From: Promethearchaeota archaeon
GTDB lineage: Archaea; Asgardarchaeota; Lokiarchaeia; Sigyniarchaeales; SOKP01
Assembly: GCA_019057795.1 (NCBI GenBank)
Contig: JAHLWS010000056.1
Location: forward strand, 1-64,000
DNA length: 64,000 nt
Direction: 5' to 3'
Position 1 is the stretch's first letter. Every line of letters starts with the position of its first letter. Positions 20,184-30,911 of the stretch are shown piece by piece. Under the pieces are notes generated by a model that made no database searches, was not told the origin of the DNA, and saw only the letters and a program-made list of their open reading frames with translations. The translations under genes and the position numbers were made by a program.

Positions 20184-21431
20184 ATGAATGCCGTAAAGTT
20201 TAGTGTTGGTAAATATATAACACTTAAGTTAGAGGACGAAGGCACTGTTATTTATGTTAACGGTCAAAAATTTTTACAGTGTAAACATCTGCTATTAAGA
20301 TTGACGCATGAAAAAAATAACCTAAATAACATTGTCTCAATAGATGATGCAGAAAGGGTCCTTAGAGGCAGTAAGGAAGGAAATGGTGTGGTAAAATTTA
20401 GAATTACCCCAGAGCAAGAGTTTTGGGGACATAGCTCTAATTTACAAGCGTGGTATGAGCATCATTATGATACGGTATTACTTCATTCTAATTTAGCTTT
20501 TCCGTTACTTAGGAAATTATATGAAATAGGAGATCGTTATGCTCGGAAAGCGTTTAAGGAAGAGATTGCAAAAAGATTAGCAGAAAACTATGCCCCTATA
20601 AATGAAATGTTCATAGAAGAGAATTACTTGAGCTTTTTATCTAATGAGGAGTTAAAATCAAGTTATCCAAAAGAGATAAAAATTAACAAACTCATATTAG
20701 CTAGCAGAAGACTCGTTAAAATTCCTCCCTTAATAAACACACTTCCAATTAAAGGTTTAAAAATTCTTAACCTCTTAAATAATAATTTTACTATCCTACC
20801 CTCATTTATTTTAAAGCATAATACTCTTGAAGTTCTATTATTGAGAGAAAACCAGATAGAATGCCTTCCTGATTCTATAGATAATTTAACAAGATTAAAG
20901 AAGCTTGATTTAAGCAATAATCAGCTTAAAGCTCTACCCAATAATATTGGGAAATTAAAATCACTTAATATTTTGAATTTATATGACAATAATCTCTTAA
21001 CTATCCCTGATTCTATAGGGAACCTTAATTCGCTTAAAAAATTAATATTAACAAGTAATAAATTGCAGAAACTGCCTGAATCTATAGGAGGGCTTATAAA
21101 TCTAGAGCAATTATCTTTACGATCAAACGAATTATCAAGTTTACCATCCACTCTTGTTAATCTGAAAAACCTTAAATCTTTAGATTTGTCTGACAACAAA
21201 TTTCACGATTCATCTACATTTGAATTTGTTAAGATGTTAGGTCTAAGAATTGCAAGGAATAATGCATATTCTATGATACAAAATGCTAGACAATTATTAA
21301 GTAAGAATAATTCAATTCCCTCTGATCAGAAGTCTAAGATCTCAAGAAACATTAGAAGATTGGAAGAAGTAATAGATTCTGACAATCTTAAGAAAATCGA
21401 TTTTAGAACTCATGAATTATCATCATATTAA
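20184..21431 (+). CDS. LRR protein with Lokiarchaeal N-terminal domain and C-terminal Hsp70-lid-like helical domain
   Basis: ITLKLE...EFWGHSSNLQAW...LHSNLAFPLL N-domain; 23-aa LPxSIGxLxxL repeats; the tail aligns to DnaK SBD-alpha. Confidence 0.88.
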   Translation: MNAVKFSVGKYITLKLEDEGTVIYVNGQKFLQCKHLLLRLTHEKNNLNNIVSIDDAERVLRGSKEGNGVVKFRITPEQEFWGHSSNLQAWYEHHYDTVLLHSNLAFPLLRKLYEIGDRYARKAFKEEIAKRLAENYAPINEMFIEENYLSFLSNEELKSSYPKEIKINKLILASRRLVKIPPLINTLPIKGLKILNLLNNNFTILPSFILKHNTLEVLLLRENQIECLPDSIDNLTRLKKLDLSNNQLKALPNNIGKLKSLNILNLYDNNLLTIPDSIGNLNSLKKLILTSNKLQKLPESIGGLINLEQLSLRSNELSSLPSTLVNLKNLKSLDLSDNKFHDSSTFEFVKMLGLRIARNNAYSMIQNARQLLSKNNSIPSDQKSKISRNIRRLEEVIDSDNLKKIDFRTHELSSY

Positions 21432-21521
21432 ATTGAAATAGAAAACTTTAATTTTTTTAACTAACTAAATAAAATACAGTATTATGAATGCATTAAATAA
21501 AGTTTTGGTGCTGAAATTTAA

Positions 21522-23522
21522 ATGAGTGAGGAAAGCAAACCGAAGAAAAAAGAAAAAATCATTGGAATCGATTTGGGAACATCAAACAGCGCATGCGCTA
21601 TTTTAAGTGGAACGGGGCAACCAGAAATAGTCCCTGCTGCCGAAGGAAGGACGTTGGGTGGCAAAGCATTTCCCTCTTATGTTGCTTTTGATGATAACGG
21701 TAGGAAAATCGTAGGTGAACCCGCAAGACGCCAAGCTGTGTCTAATCCGGAGGGGACCGTTTACGCTATTAAAAGAAAAATGGGAACTTCATATAAAGCA
21801 AAAGTTAAAGTTGGAAGCGAATGGAAGGAGTTTTCTCCAGAGGAAATTAGTGCGATGATTTTAAAAAAGATAAAGAATGATGCGTCTGCTTATCTCGGGG
21901 AGGAAATAAAGAAGGCAGTTATTACCGTTCCAGCTTATTTTAACGACGCCCAGAGAACATCTACTAAGAATGCCGGTGAGATTGCTGGACTTGAAGTTGT
22001 ACGTATGATAAACGAACCTACAGCAGCATGCTTAGCTTACGGCCTTGATAGAGATACAAAAGACAAACTCCTAAAAATTTGCGTTTTAGACTTAGGAGGA
22101 GGAACTTTTGATATAACTTTAATGGAATATGGCGAAGGCGTGGTTGAAGTTTTATCTACAGCAGGAGATACTCAGCTTGGTGGAACCGATATGGACAATG
22201 CTATTATAGATTGGGTCGTCGATAACTTTCAAAAGAAAGAAGGGATCAATCTTAAAGGAGACAACAAAGCCATGATAAGAATTAAAGATGCCGCAGAAAA
22301 AGCAAAAATCGAATTATCTACTACTTTAAGTACTCAAATTAACTTGCCTTACATTACTCAGAAAGAGGGAAATCCAGTTCATATAGAAATTGAACTTACA
22401 CGGGCAAGATTGGAACAACTAATTGAACCTACTTTAAGAAGATTAGATCCTATAATTAAAAGAGCCGTAGCCGACGCTAAAATAGGAGTTAATACAATTG
22501 ATAAAGTTATTTTAGTTGGTGGTCCAACGAGAATGCCCTCTGTTCAGAAAAGATTTAAGGACTTCTTTGGCAAAGAACCAGACCACTCAGTTGATCCTAT
22601 GGAATGCGTTGCGATTGGAGCTTCGATTCAGGGAGGCATCATTGCGGGTGATGTTCAAGATCTTCTTTTATTGGATGTTACACCTCTTTCCTTAGGAATT
22701 GAGACTTTGGGAGGCGTGTTTACAAAGCTAATAGAGCGAAATTCAACGATTCCAACGGAAAAAAAGCAAGTATTTAGCACTGCTGCCGATAATCAACCTG
22801 GCGTCGAGGTCAATGTTTTGCAAGGAGAAAGAACAATGGCAAAAGATAATATAACATTAGGAATGTTTCACTTGACTGGAATTCCGCCTGCTAGACGTGG
22901 AATACCTCAAATTGAAGTGAAATTCTCGATTGATGCTGATGGCATTGTTCACGTTAATGCAAAAGATTTGGGAACTGGAAAGGAAACAGGTATTACGGTT
23001 ACTGGTGCCAGGGGCTTAACAGCTGAGGAGATTGCGGAAAAGATTAGATCTGCTGATCAATTTGAAGAAGAAGATAAAAAGCTAAGGGAGTTAATCGAAT
23101 CAAAAAATGCTGCAGACTCTATGATCTATCAGACAAAGAAACTGATAGAAGATAATAAAGATAAGATCGAAGAGAAAGAACAAGGCGAAATAGAAGCAGC
23201 AATGAAATCTTTAGAAGAAGATATAAAAACAGATGATCTTCCAAGAATTAAAATGGGGCTTGAAAACTTGCAAAAGTCGATACATGGTTTCTCTCAAAGG
23301 ATATATAGCCAACAAGCTCAAGATCAAGTATATCAGCAAGCAGCAGAACAAGCACAACAAGCAGCTAGTGGAATGGGTGGCGTTCCTCCAGGCGGCATGG
23401 GTGGAGCCCCTCCAGATGGAATGAGTGGTGCCGGTGCCGGTGGAGCAGCTTATAGTAAAGACAAAGAAGATAAGAAAAAGAAGGGCAAAGTAGTCGATGT
23501 AGACTGGGATGAGGAGGATTAA
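21522..23522 (+). CDS. dnaK: Chaperone DnaK (Hsp70)
   Basis: [36 protein letters not shown]. Confidence 0.99.
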   Translation: MSEESKPKKKEKIIGIDLGTSNSACAILSGTGQPEIVPAAEGRTLGGKAFPSYVAFDDNGRKIVGEPARRQAVSNPEGTVYAIKRKMGTSYKAKVKVGSEWKEFSPEEISAMILKKIKNDASAYLGEEIKKAVITVPAYFNDAQRTSTKNAGEIAGLEVVRMINEPTAACLAYGLDRDTKDKLLKICVLDLGGGTFDITLMEYGEGVVEVLSTAGDTQLGGTDMDNAIIDWVVDNFQKKEGINLKGDNKAMIRIKDAAEKAKIELSTTLSTQINLPYITQKEGNPVHIEIELTRARLEQLIEPTLRRLDPIIKRAVADAKIGVNTIDKVILVGGPTRMPSVQKRFKDFFGKEPDHSVDPMECVAIGASIQGGIIAGDVQDLLLLDVTPLSLGIETLGGVFTKLIERNSTIPTEKKQVFSTAADNQPGVEVNVLQGERTMAKDNITLGMFHLTGIPPARRGIPQIEVKFSIDADGIVHVNAKDLGTGKETGITVTGARGLTAEEIAEKIRSADQFEEEDKKLRELIESKNAADSMIYQTKKLIEDNKDKIEEKEQGEIEAAMKSLEEDIKTDDLPRIKMGLENLQKSIHGFSQRIYSQQAQDQVYQQAAEQAQQAASGMGGVPPGGMGGAPPDGMSGAGAGGAAYSKDKEDKKKKGKVVDVDWDEED

Positions 23523-23659
23523 GCTTTAGCTTAATATGCTCCTTTATTTTATTGATTTATATTTCTTTTTATTTTTGGTTATAAGTTTTTAAAATAATTT
23601 TAATTATAATATCAATTCAGCAAACCGATGATATAACTTTTAATGAATATTATTTTATG

Positions 23660-24157
23660 TTAAAATCCAATTTCAGCTTCCCAAAAATTGATTCGAAAAT
23701 CTTTAAAAATTTGTGAATAAATGTACAATGTTAACCATGTTGCTCCAATTAATAGTAAAATGACGATAGCGAATCCCGTCAAGTCATTAAGTTTGATTGG
23801 CACGCTATATTTAGATTTTATTTTTGGAATCTGCTTTTTCATAAATGATTTATATTTTCTAACAAATTTTCCTTTTTCATTAAATGGGTTTAAACCAGTG
23901 TCTGCTTCAAATCCTTCTCGATTTTCTTTAGTATTTAAAGAAATAAATCTATTCTTTAATTCTTTTTGAGAAGAGTAAAACATTGTGCTTATAACTGTAA
24001 AAATTATTACTGGCACAGTTATAACCCAATAGTAAGCTAGAAACTTAATGATACTAAAGATAAATTGCATATTAATAATGACTATCATAATAGTAATAGA
24101 TACAACCAAAAAACAAAAGCAGATTACTACATCAGTATTATCCAATCTATAACTCAT
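23660..24157 (-). CDS. Hypothetical membrane protein
   Basis: Three hydrophobic segments. Likely start is ATG 24157, preceded by AGAGGT; the longer ORF runs into AT-rich intergenic DNA. Confidence 0.55.
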   Translation of the reverse strand: MSYRLDNTDVVICFCFLVVSITIMIVIINMQFIFSIIKFLAYYWVITVPVIIFTVISTMFYSSQKELKNRFISLNTKENREGFEADTGLNPFNEKGKFVRKYKSFMKKQIPKIKSKYSVPIKLNDLTGFAIVILLLIGATWLTLYIYSQIFKDFRINFWEAEIGF

Positions 24158-24366
24158 ACCTCTTTTCACAATAAACTGATAATTAAAATGATTATTTCTA
24201 ATTAAATTTAAATTATGTACATTAATATATTTTACTTTTAAAATTAATATTAAAAAGTTTATATAATTATTTTTAGATATCCTAATACCTAAAAAAATAA
24301 ATTTCATAATAAATTTTTATAAATATAGTTTAAGCTCATAAGATATTATGAAGTGACTAAAAGATC

Positions 24367-25491
24367 ATGAGTACGAGCAAAAAAAGGGATTACTATGAAG
24401 TTTTAGGTGTGGGTAAAAATGCTACCGAGAATGATATAAAGTTAGCATATAGGCGATTGGCAAGAAAACTTCATCCTGATGTTAATAAGACGGATCCAAA
24501 TGCAAAGGAGAAATTTATTGAACTCCAAGAAGCTTATGACGTATTAAGTGATTCTAATAAAAGACAAAATTATAATCGATTCGGATTTAGCGGTGTGGAT
24601 GTTGATATGAGTAATTTTTTCAGAGGTGGAATCCCTGGTTTAGATGATTTACTCAGTTCGCTTTTTGGAGGGGGCATGTTTGGAGATAGCTTCGGGAGTA
24701 TTTTTGGTTCTCGAGGTAGAGGCAGATCAGCACCACGTCGGGAAGTAGGGCAAGATATTGAGGACCATATCGAAATTACATTCGAGGACGCTATGTTTGG
24801 TACGAAAAAAGATGTTATTATTAAAAGATACATACCATGCGACGATTGTGAGGGAACGGGAGCTGAAGATCCATCAAGTGTAAAAATTTGCCCTCAATGT
24901 AATGGATCGGGGCGGACGAGAAAGATGACCCAATCTGGTTTTGGAACAATCATACGCGAATCTGAATGCTATGGATGTAATGGAACAGGCAAAGTAATTA
25001 AGAAAAAATGTCCAATATGCAATGGAATGAAAGTAGTCCTTGAAACTAAAAAAATACATGTAAGTATTCCACCTGGCGTAGAAAATGGCGTTCATTTAAA
25101 AGTTCAAGGGGCAGGACATATTCCTTCTTCTAGAGCAATTCCAGGCGATCTTTATTTAGGCATTAAAATTGAAGAAAACGAAAACTTTATACGCCGCAGA
25201 AACGATCTTTATACTCCAATTAATATAGATATTGTAACAGCAACTTTAGGAGGAGAAATTAAAGTCCCAACATTAGATTACAAAACTGAAAAATTAACTG
25301 AGAAAGAGTTAAAAATACCCCCAGGAACCCAACATGGTACAGAATTTAGAATTAAAAATAGGGGCGCTACTTATTTAAGGGGGAGAGGTAAGGGAGATCA
25401 ATACATTATAATTAATATTGAAATTCCTAAGAAAATTACTGAGGAACAAAAAGAATTATTACTAAAATTCAAAAAATCGAGCTCAAAATAA
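24367..25491 (+). CDS. dnaJ: Chaperone DnaJ
   Basis: J domain with HPD, G/F region, four CxxCxGxG-type repeats. Confidence 0.98.
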   Translation: MSTSKKRDYYEVLGVGKNATENDIKLAYRRLARKLHPDVNKTDPNAKEKFIELQEAYDVLSDSNKRQNYNRFGFSGVDVDMSNFFRGGIPGLDDLLSSLFGGGMFGDSFGSIFGSRGRGRSAPRREVGQDIEDHIEITFEDAMFGTKKDVIIKRYIPCDDCEGTGAEDPSSVKICPQCNGSGRTRKMTQSGFGTIIRESECYGCNGTGKVIKKKCPICNGMKVVLETKKIHVSIPPGVENGVHLKVQGAGHIPSSRAIPGDLYLGIKIEENENFIRRRNDLYTPINIDIVTATLGGEIKVPTLDYKTEKLTEKELKIPPGTQHGTEFRIKNRGATYLRGRGKGDQYIIINIEIPKKITEEQKELLLKFKKSSSK

Positions 25492-25603
25492 AAGAGTTAA
25501 TAATTTAAAATCTTAAATATGGTTTTTTATCCCGTTACTAAGATTATTTAACTTATATAATTATATAAATACTTTTAATTAAATCATAATTGAAAACTGA
25601 ATT

Positions 25604-26149
25604 ATGAGCGTCAAAATACTTATCACTGGTCCACCAAGATGTGGAAAATCGACATTAATTTCTAAATTGATTAATTTTTGCTCGCAAAAAGAACATAATA
25701 TTTATGGTTTTATAACTCCAGAAGTAAAAAATGACGACCGGAGATTAGGGTTTGATGTTCAAGAGTTGGATACTAAAAAAAGATACAAATTGGCAAGGGT
25801 AGGAAGCTATACCACTCAATTCAAGCTAGGTAAATATCATGTATTCATTGAAGAATTTGAGAAAATAATATCACATCTTGATTCTCTCGATTTCAAACCT
25901 GTCGATATAATCTTTCTCGATGAAATTGGAAAAATGGAATTATATTCAGAGAAATTTCAAAATTTCATCAGGAGGATTTTTCAGACTAATATTAACATAA
26001 TAGCAACAATAGGACAAAAGTTGCATCATCCATTAAAGAAATTTGTTTTAAGCAATCCAAACATCAAGCTTTTCACAGTAACTAGGGAAAATCAAGAATT
26101 TGTTTATCAAAATATTATCACTGCTTTAAAACAAGCAAACAAAATTTAA
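25604..26149 (+). CDS. Nucleoside-triphosphatase, THEP1/NTPase_1 family
   Basis: ITGPPRCGKST, GFIT, R.GF, DEIGKME. Confidence 0.92.
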   Translation: MSVKILITGPPRCGKSTLISKLINFCSQKEHNIYGFITPEVKNDDRRLGFDVQELDTKKRYKLARVGSYTTQFKLGKYHVFIEEFEKIISHLDSLDFKPVDIIFLDEIGKMELYSEKFQNFIRRIFQTNINIIATIGQKLHHPLKKFVLSNPNIKLFTVTRENQEFVYQNIITALKQANKI

Positions 26150-26319
26150 TTTAGCTGGAATTTATAGCTTTTATTTATATTATATAAATTTCGATTGATG
26201 TTTAATCCTCTGGCCATTTCCGTTGATTGAATAAAAAAATTTTAATTGTACTTTTTATTTCAATAATAAATAATTTTATTACTTTTTCTAAAAAAATAGT
26301 TACAAAAAGAAGAAGCTAA

Positions 26320-26424
26320 ATGTGGAAATGTGATGAGTGTGGAGCTATATTCGATTTAGAGGGAATCCCTGAAAAATGTCCCGAATGTGGTGCTGAAGAT
26401 GGAACATTTAGCTTGGTTGATTAA
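26320..26424 (+). CDS. 34-aa rubredoxin-like/zinc-ribbon microprotein (not in the ORF track)
   Basis: MWKCDECGAIFDLEGIPEKCPECGAEDGTFSLVD*. Confidence 0.85.
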   Translation: MWKCDECGAIFDLEGIPEKCPECGAEDGTFSLVD

Positions 26425-26441
26425 AATTTAAAAAAGAACCC

Positions 26442-26810
26442 TTATTTGGTTTCTGTTCCACAAAACGGGCAAAGTTTGAGCCCCTTAGATATATTTTCTC
26501 CGCAAAATGTACAGAATTGGGCATTCACGCCCGCATCACTTTTTTTCTTATCTACGTTATTTAGGGATTCTATTAAATGAACTGAGGGTTCAGCAATTTT
26601 CTTATCTTTGTCTATCTTCTTAGATTTATCTTCGTTTACGTTCATTCTTAGCAATTTAAATACGATGAGAATAACAAGAATAAGAAAGATAACGACCACA
26701 ACGAAAACCACTACGAAAAATGAACGTATAAACTCAAATATTGATGAAGACATAATTAATACAACTATTTCTTGTTTTTTCGTACCATGAGAATATACAA
26801 AATAATACAT
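26442..26810 (-). CDS. Membrane-anchored zinc-ribbon protein
   Basis: One TM helix; C-terminal CTFCG...CPFCG. Confidence 0.7.
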   Translation of the reverse strand: MYYFVYSHGTKKQEIVVLIMSSSIFEFIRSFFVVVFVVVVIFLILVILIVFKLLRMNVNEDKSKKIDKDKKIAEPSVHLIESLNNVDKKKSDAGVNAQFCTFCGENISKGLKLCPFCGTETK

Positions 26811-27024
26811 TAATAAAATTATGGCATGATGTCAAGATTGGACATGTGAAAACTCCCAATCAGAATTAGTTCCTTAAGTAATTAAAAGATACAGAAAAAA
26901 GTACAAATTTTTTTCGAATTACAATTTTTTGGACAAAAGAAGATAACTATTTATTAACATTTAAATATACTAAGTCACCATATATCTCTTGGAATCTAAA
27001 TTAAAATATAATAAATGATGAAAT

Positions 27025-27798
27025 ATGTTATTACAAGGATTTGATTGGTTATTTTTAATTTTTCCTCTCGCAATTGGTCTAGCAATTTTTTTGGGATGCT
27101 GGCTGTTGGCGGGCATTAAGGTGGTTTTAGAATACGAAAGGCTCGTAATCTTTAGATTAGGTAAATTCAAGCGTACAATTGGCCCGGGTGTTGTATTTAT
27201 CATCCCGCTTTTAGAAAAATCTCAAAAAGTTGACTTGAGAATCATCACGGCAGACATTCCTCGTCAAGAAGTAATGACAAGAGACAATATACCTGTCTTA
27301 GTAAATACAGTAGTGTATTATAAAGTTGAAAAGCCAGAAGATGCAATCATAAAAATTCAAAATTACGCTTATGCCGTGCGTCAGTACACGCAAGCCGCGT
27401 TGAGAGATGTTTTAGGTAACATGGAATTGGACAGCGTTTTAACCGATAGAGAAAGGGTTGCTACAGAAATTAGGAGTATCGTTGATAAAGAGACTAGCGA
27501 TTGGGGTATCGATATTAAGAGCATTAATATTCAGGAGCTTGAACTTCCTGCTGAAATGAAGAGAGCTATGGCAAAACAAGCAGAAGCAGAGCGGGAAAAG
27601 CGTGCCGTAATAATTGCAAGTCAGGGCGAGCTAGGAGCGGCTGAAAATTTAGTAAAAGCAGCGACCATAATGGTAGCATACCCAGCAGCGCTTCAATTAA
27701 GGACTCTTCAAACAATTCGAGATATTTCACAAGACCCCTCTGAGAAGATAGTTATTTTTATGCCAGGTGGAATTAGCGATTTATTGAAGAAATTGTAA
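27025..27798 (+). CDS. SPFH/stomatin (slipin) family protein
   Basis: EYERLVIFRLG, VDLR, AMAKQAEAEREKRA, ALQLRTLQT. Confidence 0.95.
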   Translation: MLLQGFDWLFLIFPLAIGLAIFLGCWLLAGIKVVLEYERLVIFRLGKFKRTIGPGVVFIIPLLEKSQKVDLRIITADIPRQEVMTRDNIPVLVNTVVYYKVEKPEDAIIKIQNYAYAVRQYTQAALRDVLGNMELDSVLTDRERVATEIRSIVDKETSDWGIDIKSINIQELELPAEMKRAMAKQAEAEREKRAVIIASQGELGAAENLVKAATIMVAYPAALQLRTLQTIRDISQDPSEKIVIFMPGGISDLLKKL

Positions 27799-27817
27799 TT
27801 AACAGCGGTGAACATCA

Positions 27818-28495
27818 ATGAGTAGAACGTTCAATTCCAGCACGAGATACATCCAAATTGCATTTAATCACACCATTCACGATGTTGTGCGAATATTACC
27901 TCAAATTCCTCTCGACCCGAGAATCATAATAGAAGCTGGGACGCCATACGTCAAAAGAGAGGGACAGAATGGCATCAGACTAATAAGAAGGTATTGGCGA
28001 GGATTAATCGTCGCTGATCTAAAAGTTATTGACGGCGCTCAAGAAGAGGTTGCGATGGCATATAATGCAGGAGCTAATGCCGTTACTGCCGCGGGTACTG
28101 CTCCAAAAGAAACCTTAGATTACTTTAGTAAGACATGCGATCAATATAATGTTTTTTCAATGATCGACATGTTAGGACAAGATAATCCGTTAAAAAAACT
28201 TTTTGCGCTAAAAAACAAACCAAAAGGAGTAGTAATCCATAAGGGGCGAGACGAGGAAGCAAACCCAAGAACCATAATTAGGTACAAAGACATTAATAAA
28301 ATTCGCTCTAAGTATGATGTTCTCATATCTGTTGCCGGTGGATTAAAAGAAGAAAGCGTGAGAAAAGCCTATTTTAATGGAGCGAGCATTGCAATCTTAA
28401 ATATCGTAAAACCTACAGATGTCAATGAGGGTATAAGCGACATGTCGAACTTTCGAGTTATAATTCCCTCAATCTTGAAAGAGGTTGGACATTAA
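27818..28495 (+). CDS. 3-hexulose-6-phosphate synthase-like (OMPDC/HUMPS barrel)
   Basis: IEAGTP, ADLK..D, VAGG; SD-like GGTGA upstream. Confidence 0.82.
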   Translation: MSRTFNSSTRYIQIAFNHTIHDVVRILPQIPLDPRIIIEAGTPYVKREGQNGIRLIRRYWRGLIVADLKVIDGAQEEVAMAYNAGANAVTAAGTAPKETLDYFSKTCDQYNVFSMIDMLGQDNPLKKLFALKNKPKGVVIHKGRDEEANPRTIIRYKDINKIRSKYDVLISVAGGLKEESVRKAYFNGASIAILNIVKPTDVNEGISDMSNFRVIIPSILKEVGH

Positions 28496-28515
28496 ACAAA
28501 TATTCTTTTTTTTAT

Positions 28516-30049
28516 CAGTATCTAAGTATTTATTTTTTTTTATTATTATTTTCGATGGTCAACAAGCCGACATTATTTGTAATTTATCCGACCACCCCAC
28601 GTGATTTTTTCTCTGATGAAAGAAATGATTCCATCAAGTAGTCTTGATTTTGAACTAATGTCCAAACTGGTCCCTTACCTTGATTTCTACTAGAAATTTG
28701 AATTAGCTTTTTATTCATTTTCCATGAATTATAAAGGAGCATTCTTACCAACATATCCAAGTATCGGACATTATCATAGTTTGACTTCCAACGACGATTA
28801 ATTCGATTTAAGTCGGAGAAACTCGTTTCGATCAACCATCGTCGACGATAAAATAGTGCCGTGCGGGACGCCCAAGAGCTTGTCTTGCCTCGAGGCTTCT
28901 CGGTAGTCATTATTAAGAATAAACGCTTTCGAGCATCGTCCAACGATATTCTTCCCGCTTTATAATCTCGCTTGACTCCTTGAAGAGTGAATTGATTTTT
29001 TGCTTTTATTATCACATAAACATGGTGAGAAAATCGACATTTTGCAGCCGTCTTGCTAGAAAACGTGTATTTCCGCACTCGAGCATGCGTTCCCTTGAGA
29101 TAATCGGTAAGGAATTGCTTGATCTTTTTATATTTCTTGGCAGGAACGATGACCTCACCCCCCATTCCTTTAATCCTATCTAATAATTCAGCTCTATAGA
29201 ATTCTCTATCCATCAACACGAAGCCTAACTTAAATCCTAGCTTAAGTAATTTTTCAAGAAACTTTAAGATGATGGGTATTTTAGACTGACCCGTTGCCAC
29301 TTGTTCCAATCCTGCATAAAGATGTGTTTCTCGGGACAATATCGAGAAGCCGAGGTAATGACGCATTTTTAGCGTTCCTTTCTGCCGGTTCGTTCCCTTG
29401 ATCATGTTATCCTCTCTCTTTCCAAAATAAGGATGCTCAGTGAAATCAATGAGCACATTTACCTTCTTTGAGATGAACCCTTGTTTTAAGGCATCCAAGA
29501 GCTGCCCATCCAAGCACCCACGTAAGATCTTCTGCGCTTTCCTAAATCCAATCTTGCGGAGATACTTGTTGACTTCTGTTTGGTGAGGTATCGCGCGCTT
29601 TCTCCGTCCATCCGCAAATATTTTTGGTCTTCCTCCTCTATGGCTCATTAATTGGGCGTTGAGCAATTCACTCGTGTCATGAATGGACCTACCTAGTAAT
29701 TCTGAGAAGAAGAACACCTTCAAAAACTCCTCCTCTTCATATCTCGAATTCTTGCCCTTTTTAAAACGCCAGGTGCGAGAGGTAACTTCATCACAAAACT
29801 TTTTAAAAAAAGACAGCATATTATGATTTGAAAGAAGTGATTTTATGCCCGAGTTCCTAACCGAATTAGGAAATATATTGCCTGGTAGCATATATTAATA
29901 ATATCACTTCTTTCTTAAAAGTTTTAAGGTAGATTTCCGATGGAAATCAATTTAAAGTTTGAATATAAGCATTTGTAAAATTGAAATAAAATTTACGAAA
30001 GATAAGATTCAGTTCAAGGGGTTTCTAACATCTAAATCCTTTGATACTG
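28516..30049 (-). mobile_element. ISH3-family (IS4-like) insertion sequence, 1534 bp
   Basis: Imperfect 17-bp TIRs: CAGTATCTAAGTATTTA at 28516 and reverse complement CAGTATCAAAGGATTTA ending at 30049 (15/17). Inserted in a T-rich tract. Confidence 0.85.
28584..29891 (-). CDS. DDE transposase, ISH3/IS4 group
   Basis: IDFTEHPYFG, MDREFY, YRRRWLIETSF (YREK-like). Confidence 0.92.
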   Translation of the reverse strand: MLPGNIFPNSVRNSGIKSLLSNHNMLSFFKKFCDEVTSRTWRFKKGKNSRYEEEEFLKVFFFSELLGRSIHDTSELLNAQLMSHRGGRPKIFADGRRKRAIPHQTEVNKYLRKIGFRKAQKILRGCLDGQLLDALKQGFISKKVNVLIDFTEHPYFGKREDNMIKGTNRQKGTLKMRHYLGFSILSRETHLYAGLEQVATGQSKIPIILKFLEKLLKLGFKLGFVLMDREFYRAELLDRIKGMGGEVIVPAKKYKKIKQFLTDYLKGTHARVRKYTFSSKTAAKCRFSHHVYVIIKAKNQFTLQGVKRDYKAGRISLDDARKRLFLIMTTEKPRGKTSSWASRTALFYRRRWLIETSFSDLNRINRRWKSNYDNVRYLDMLVRMLLYNSWKMNKKLIQISSRNQGKGPVWTLVQNQDYLMESFLSSEKKSRGVVG

Positions 30050-30185
30050 TTTTTTTTTTATTTTAAAGGTAGATTGCTTTTTCTAAGAATGTTACACAAT
30101 TAAACTTCAAAATTCTTATTTGGTGACATTAATTATTAAATTAAACTCCACAAAAAAAAAGCAAAATAGGATAAGTGTAAATCGA

Positions 30186-30890
30186 ATGGCCGAGGAATTT
30201 GACTTTGAAAAGTATTGGCTAAATAAGTTTTCTAACTGTTTAGACGAGGTTGCTGGAGAAGAAGTAAGAAAAGATGTAATGACCGGAAGTGAAAAGCTTT
30301 CAGATGCATCGTCCAGAGAAGAAGTTATTAACTGGTCTAATCAAGCTATGGAAAGATTAAGTTCTTTAGTTAACGACGAAAAACAAATTGGTGTCATGAC
30401 GGGATGCGCTTGTAATTATTCTAAATCTCAATTACAAGAGATAAGAGAAAAGTACGAACAAACAAAGGATATTAACGTAGCACATCGTATGCTACAGGAA
30501 CAATTTGAATCTCTGCTCAAGGATACACTTAAATTAAATGAAGATCTTATCAAAAAAGTTATTAAAAAAGGATGGAGTACTGCTGGAGTTAAGGAAGGAA
30601 ATGTAATTATAGCTACCAAGATTCCTAAAAGCGCTTATATTAAACAATATTTAGAAACAACTGATCCAGACGAAAAAAGGGCCATTTATTGCCATTGTCC
30701 TCGCGTTAGAGACGCTTTAAAATTGTCAATAGAGAATTTACCAGAAATTTATTGCTACTGTGGAGCAGGCTTTTTCAAAGGTATCTGGGAAGAAATCCTT
30801 CAAAAACCCGTAAAAGTTAAGGTTTTAGAATCTGTTATGAAAGGAGACGAAGTGTGCAAAATTGCAATATATCTTCCTCCGGATGCGTAA
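30186..30890 (+). CDS. Cys-rich DUF6144-like (V4R-related) protein
   Basis: CAC, YCHCP, YCYCGAGF, VLESVMKGDEVC; probable start is ATG 30186. Confidence 0.7.
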   Translation: MAEEFDFEKYWLNKFSNCLDEVAGEEVRKDVMTGSEKLSDASSREEVINWSNQAMERLSSLVNDEKQIGVMTGCACNYSKSQLQEIREKYEQTKDINVAHRMLQEQFESLLKDTLKLNEDLIKKVIKKGWSTAGVKEGNVIIATKIPKSAYIKQYLETTDPDEKRAIYCHCPRVRDALKLSIENLPEIYCYCGAGFFKGIWEEILQKPVKVKVLESVMKGDEVCKIAIYLPPDA

Positions 30891-30911
30891 ATTTAGAAAG
30901 AATAAAAGCGA

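Noticed and set aside
23638-23665. dif-like site (TTATGTTAAAA arm)
   Set aside because: The left arm matches poorly and lacks ATAA; likely chance in AT-rich DNA.
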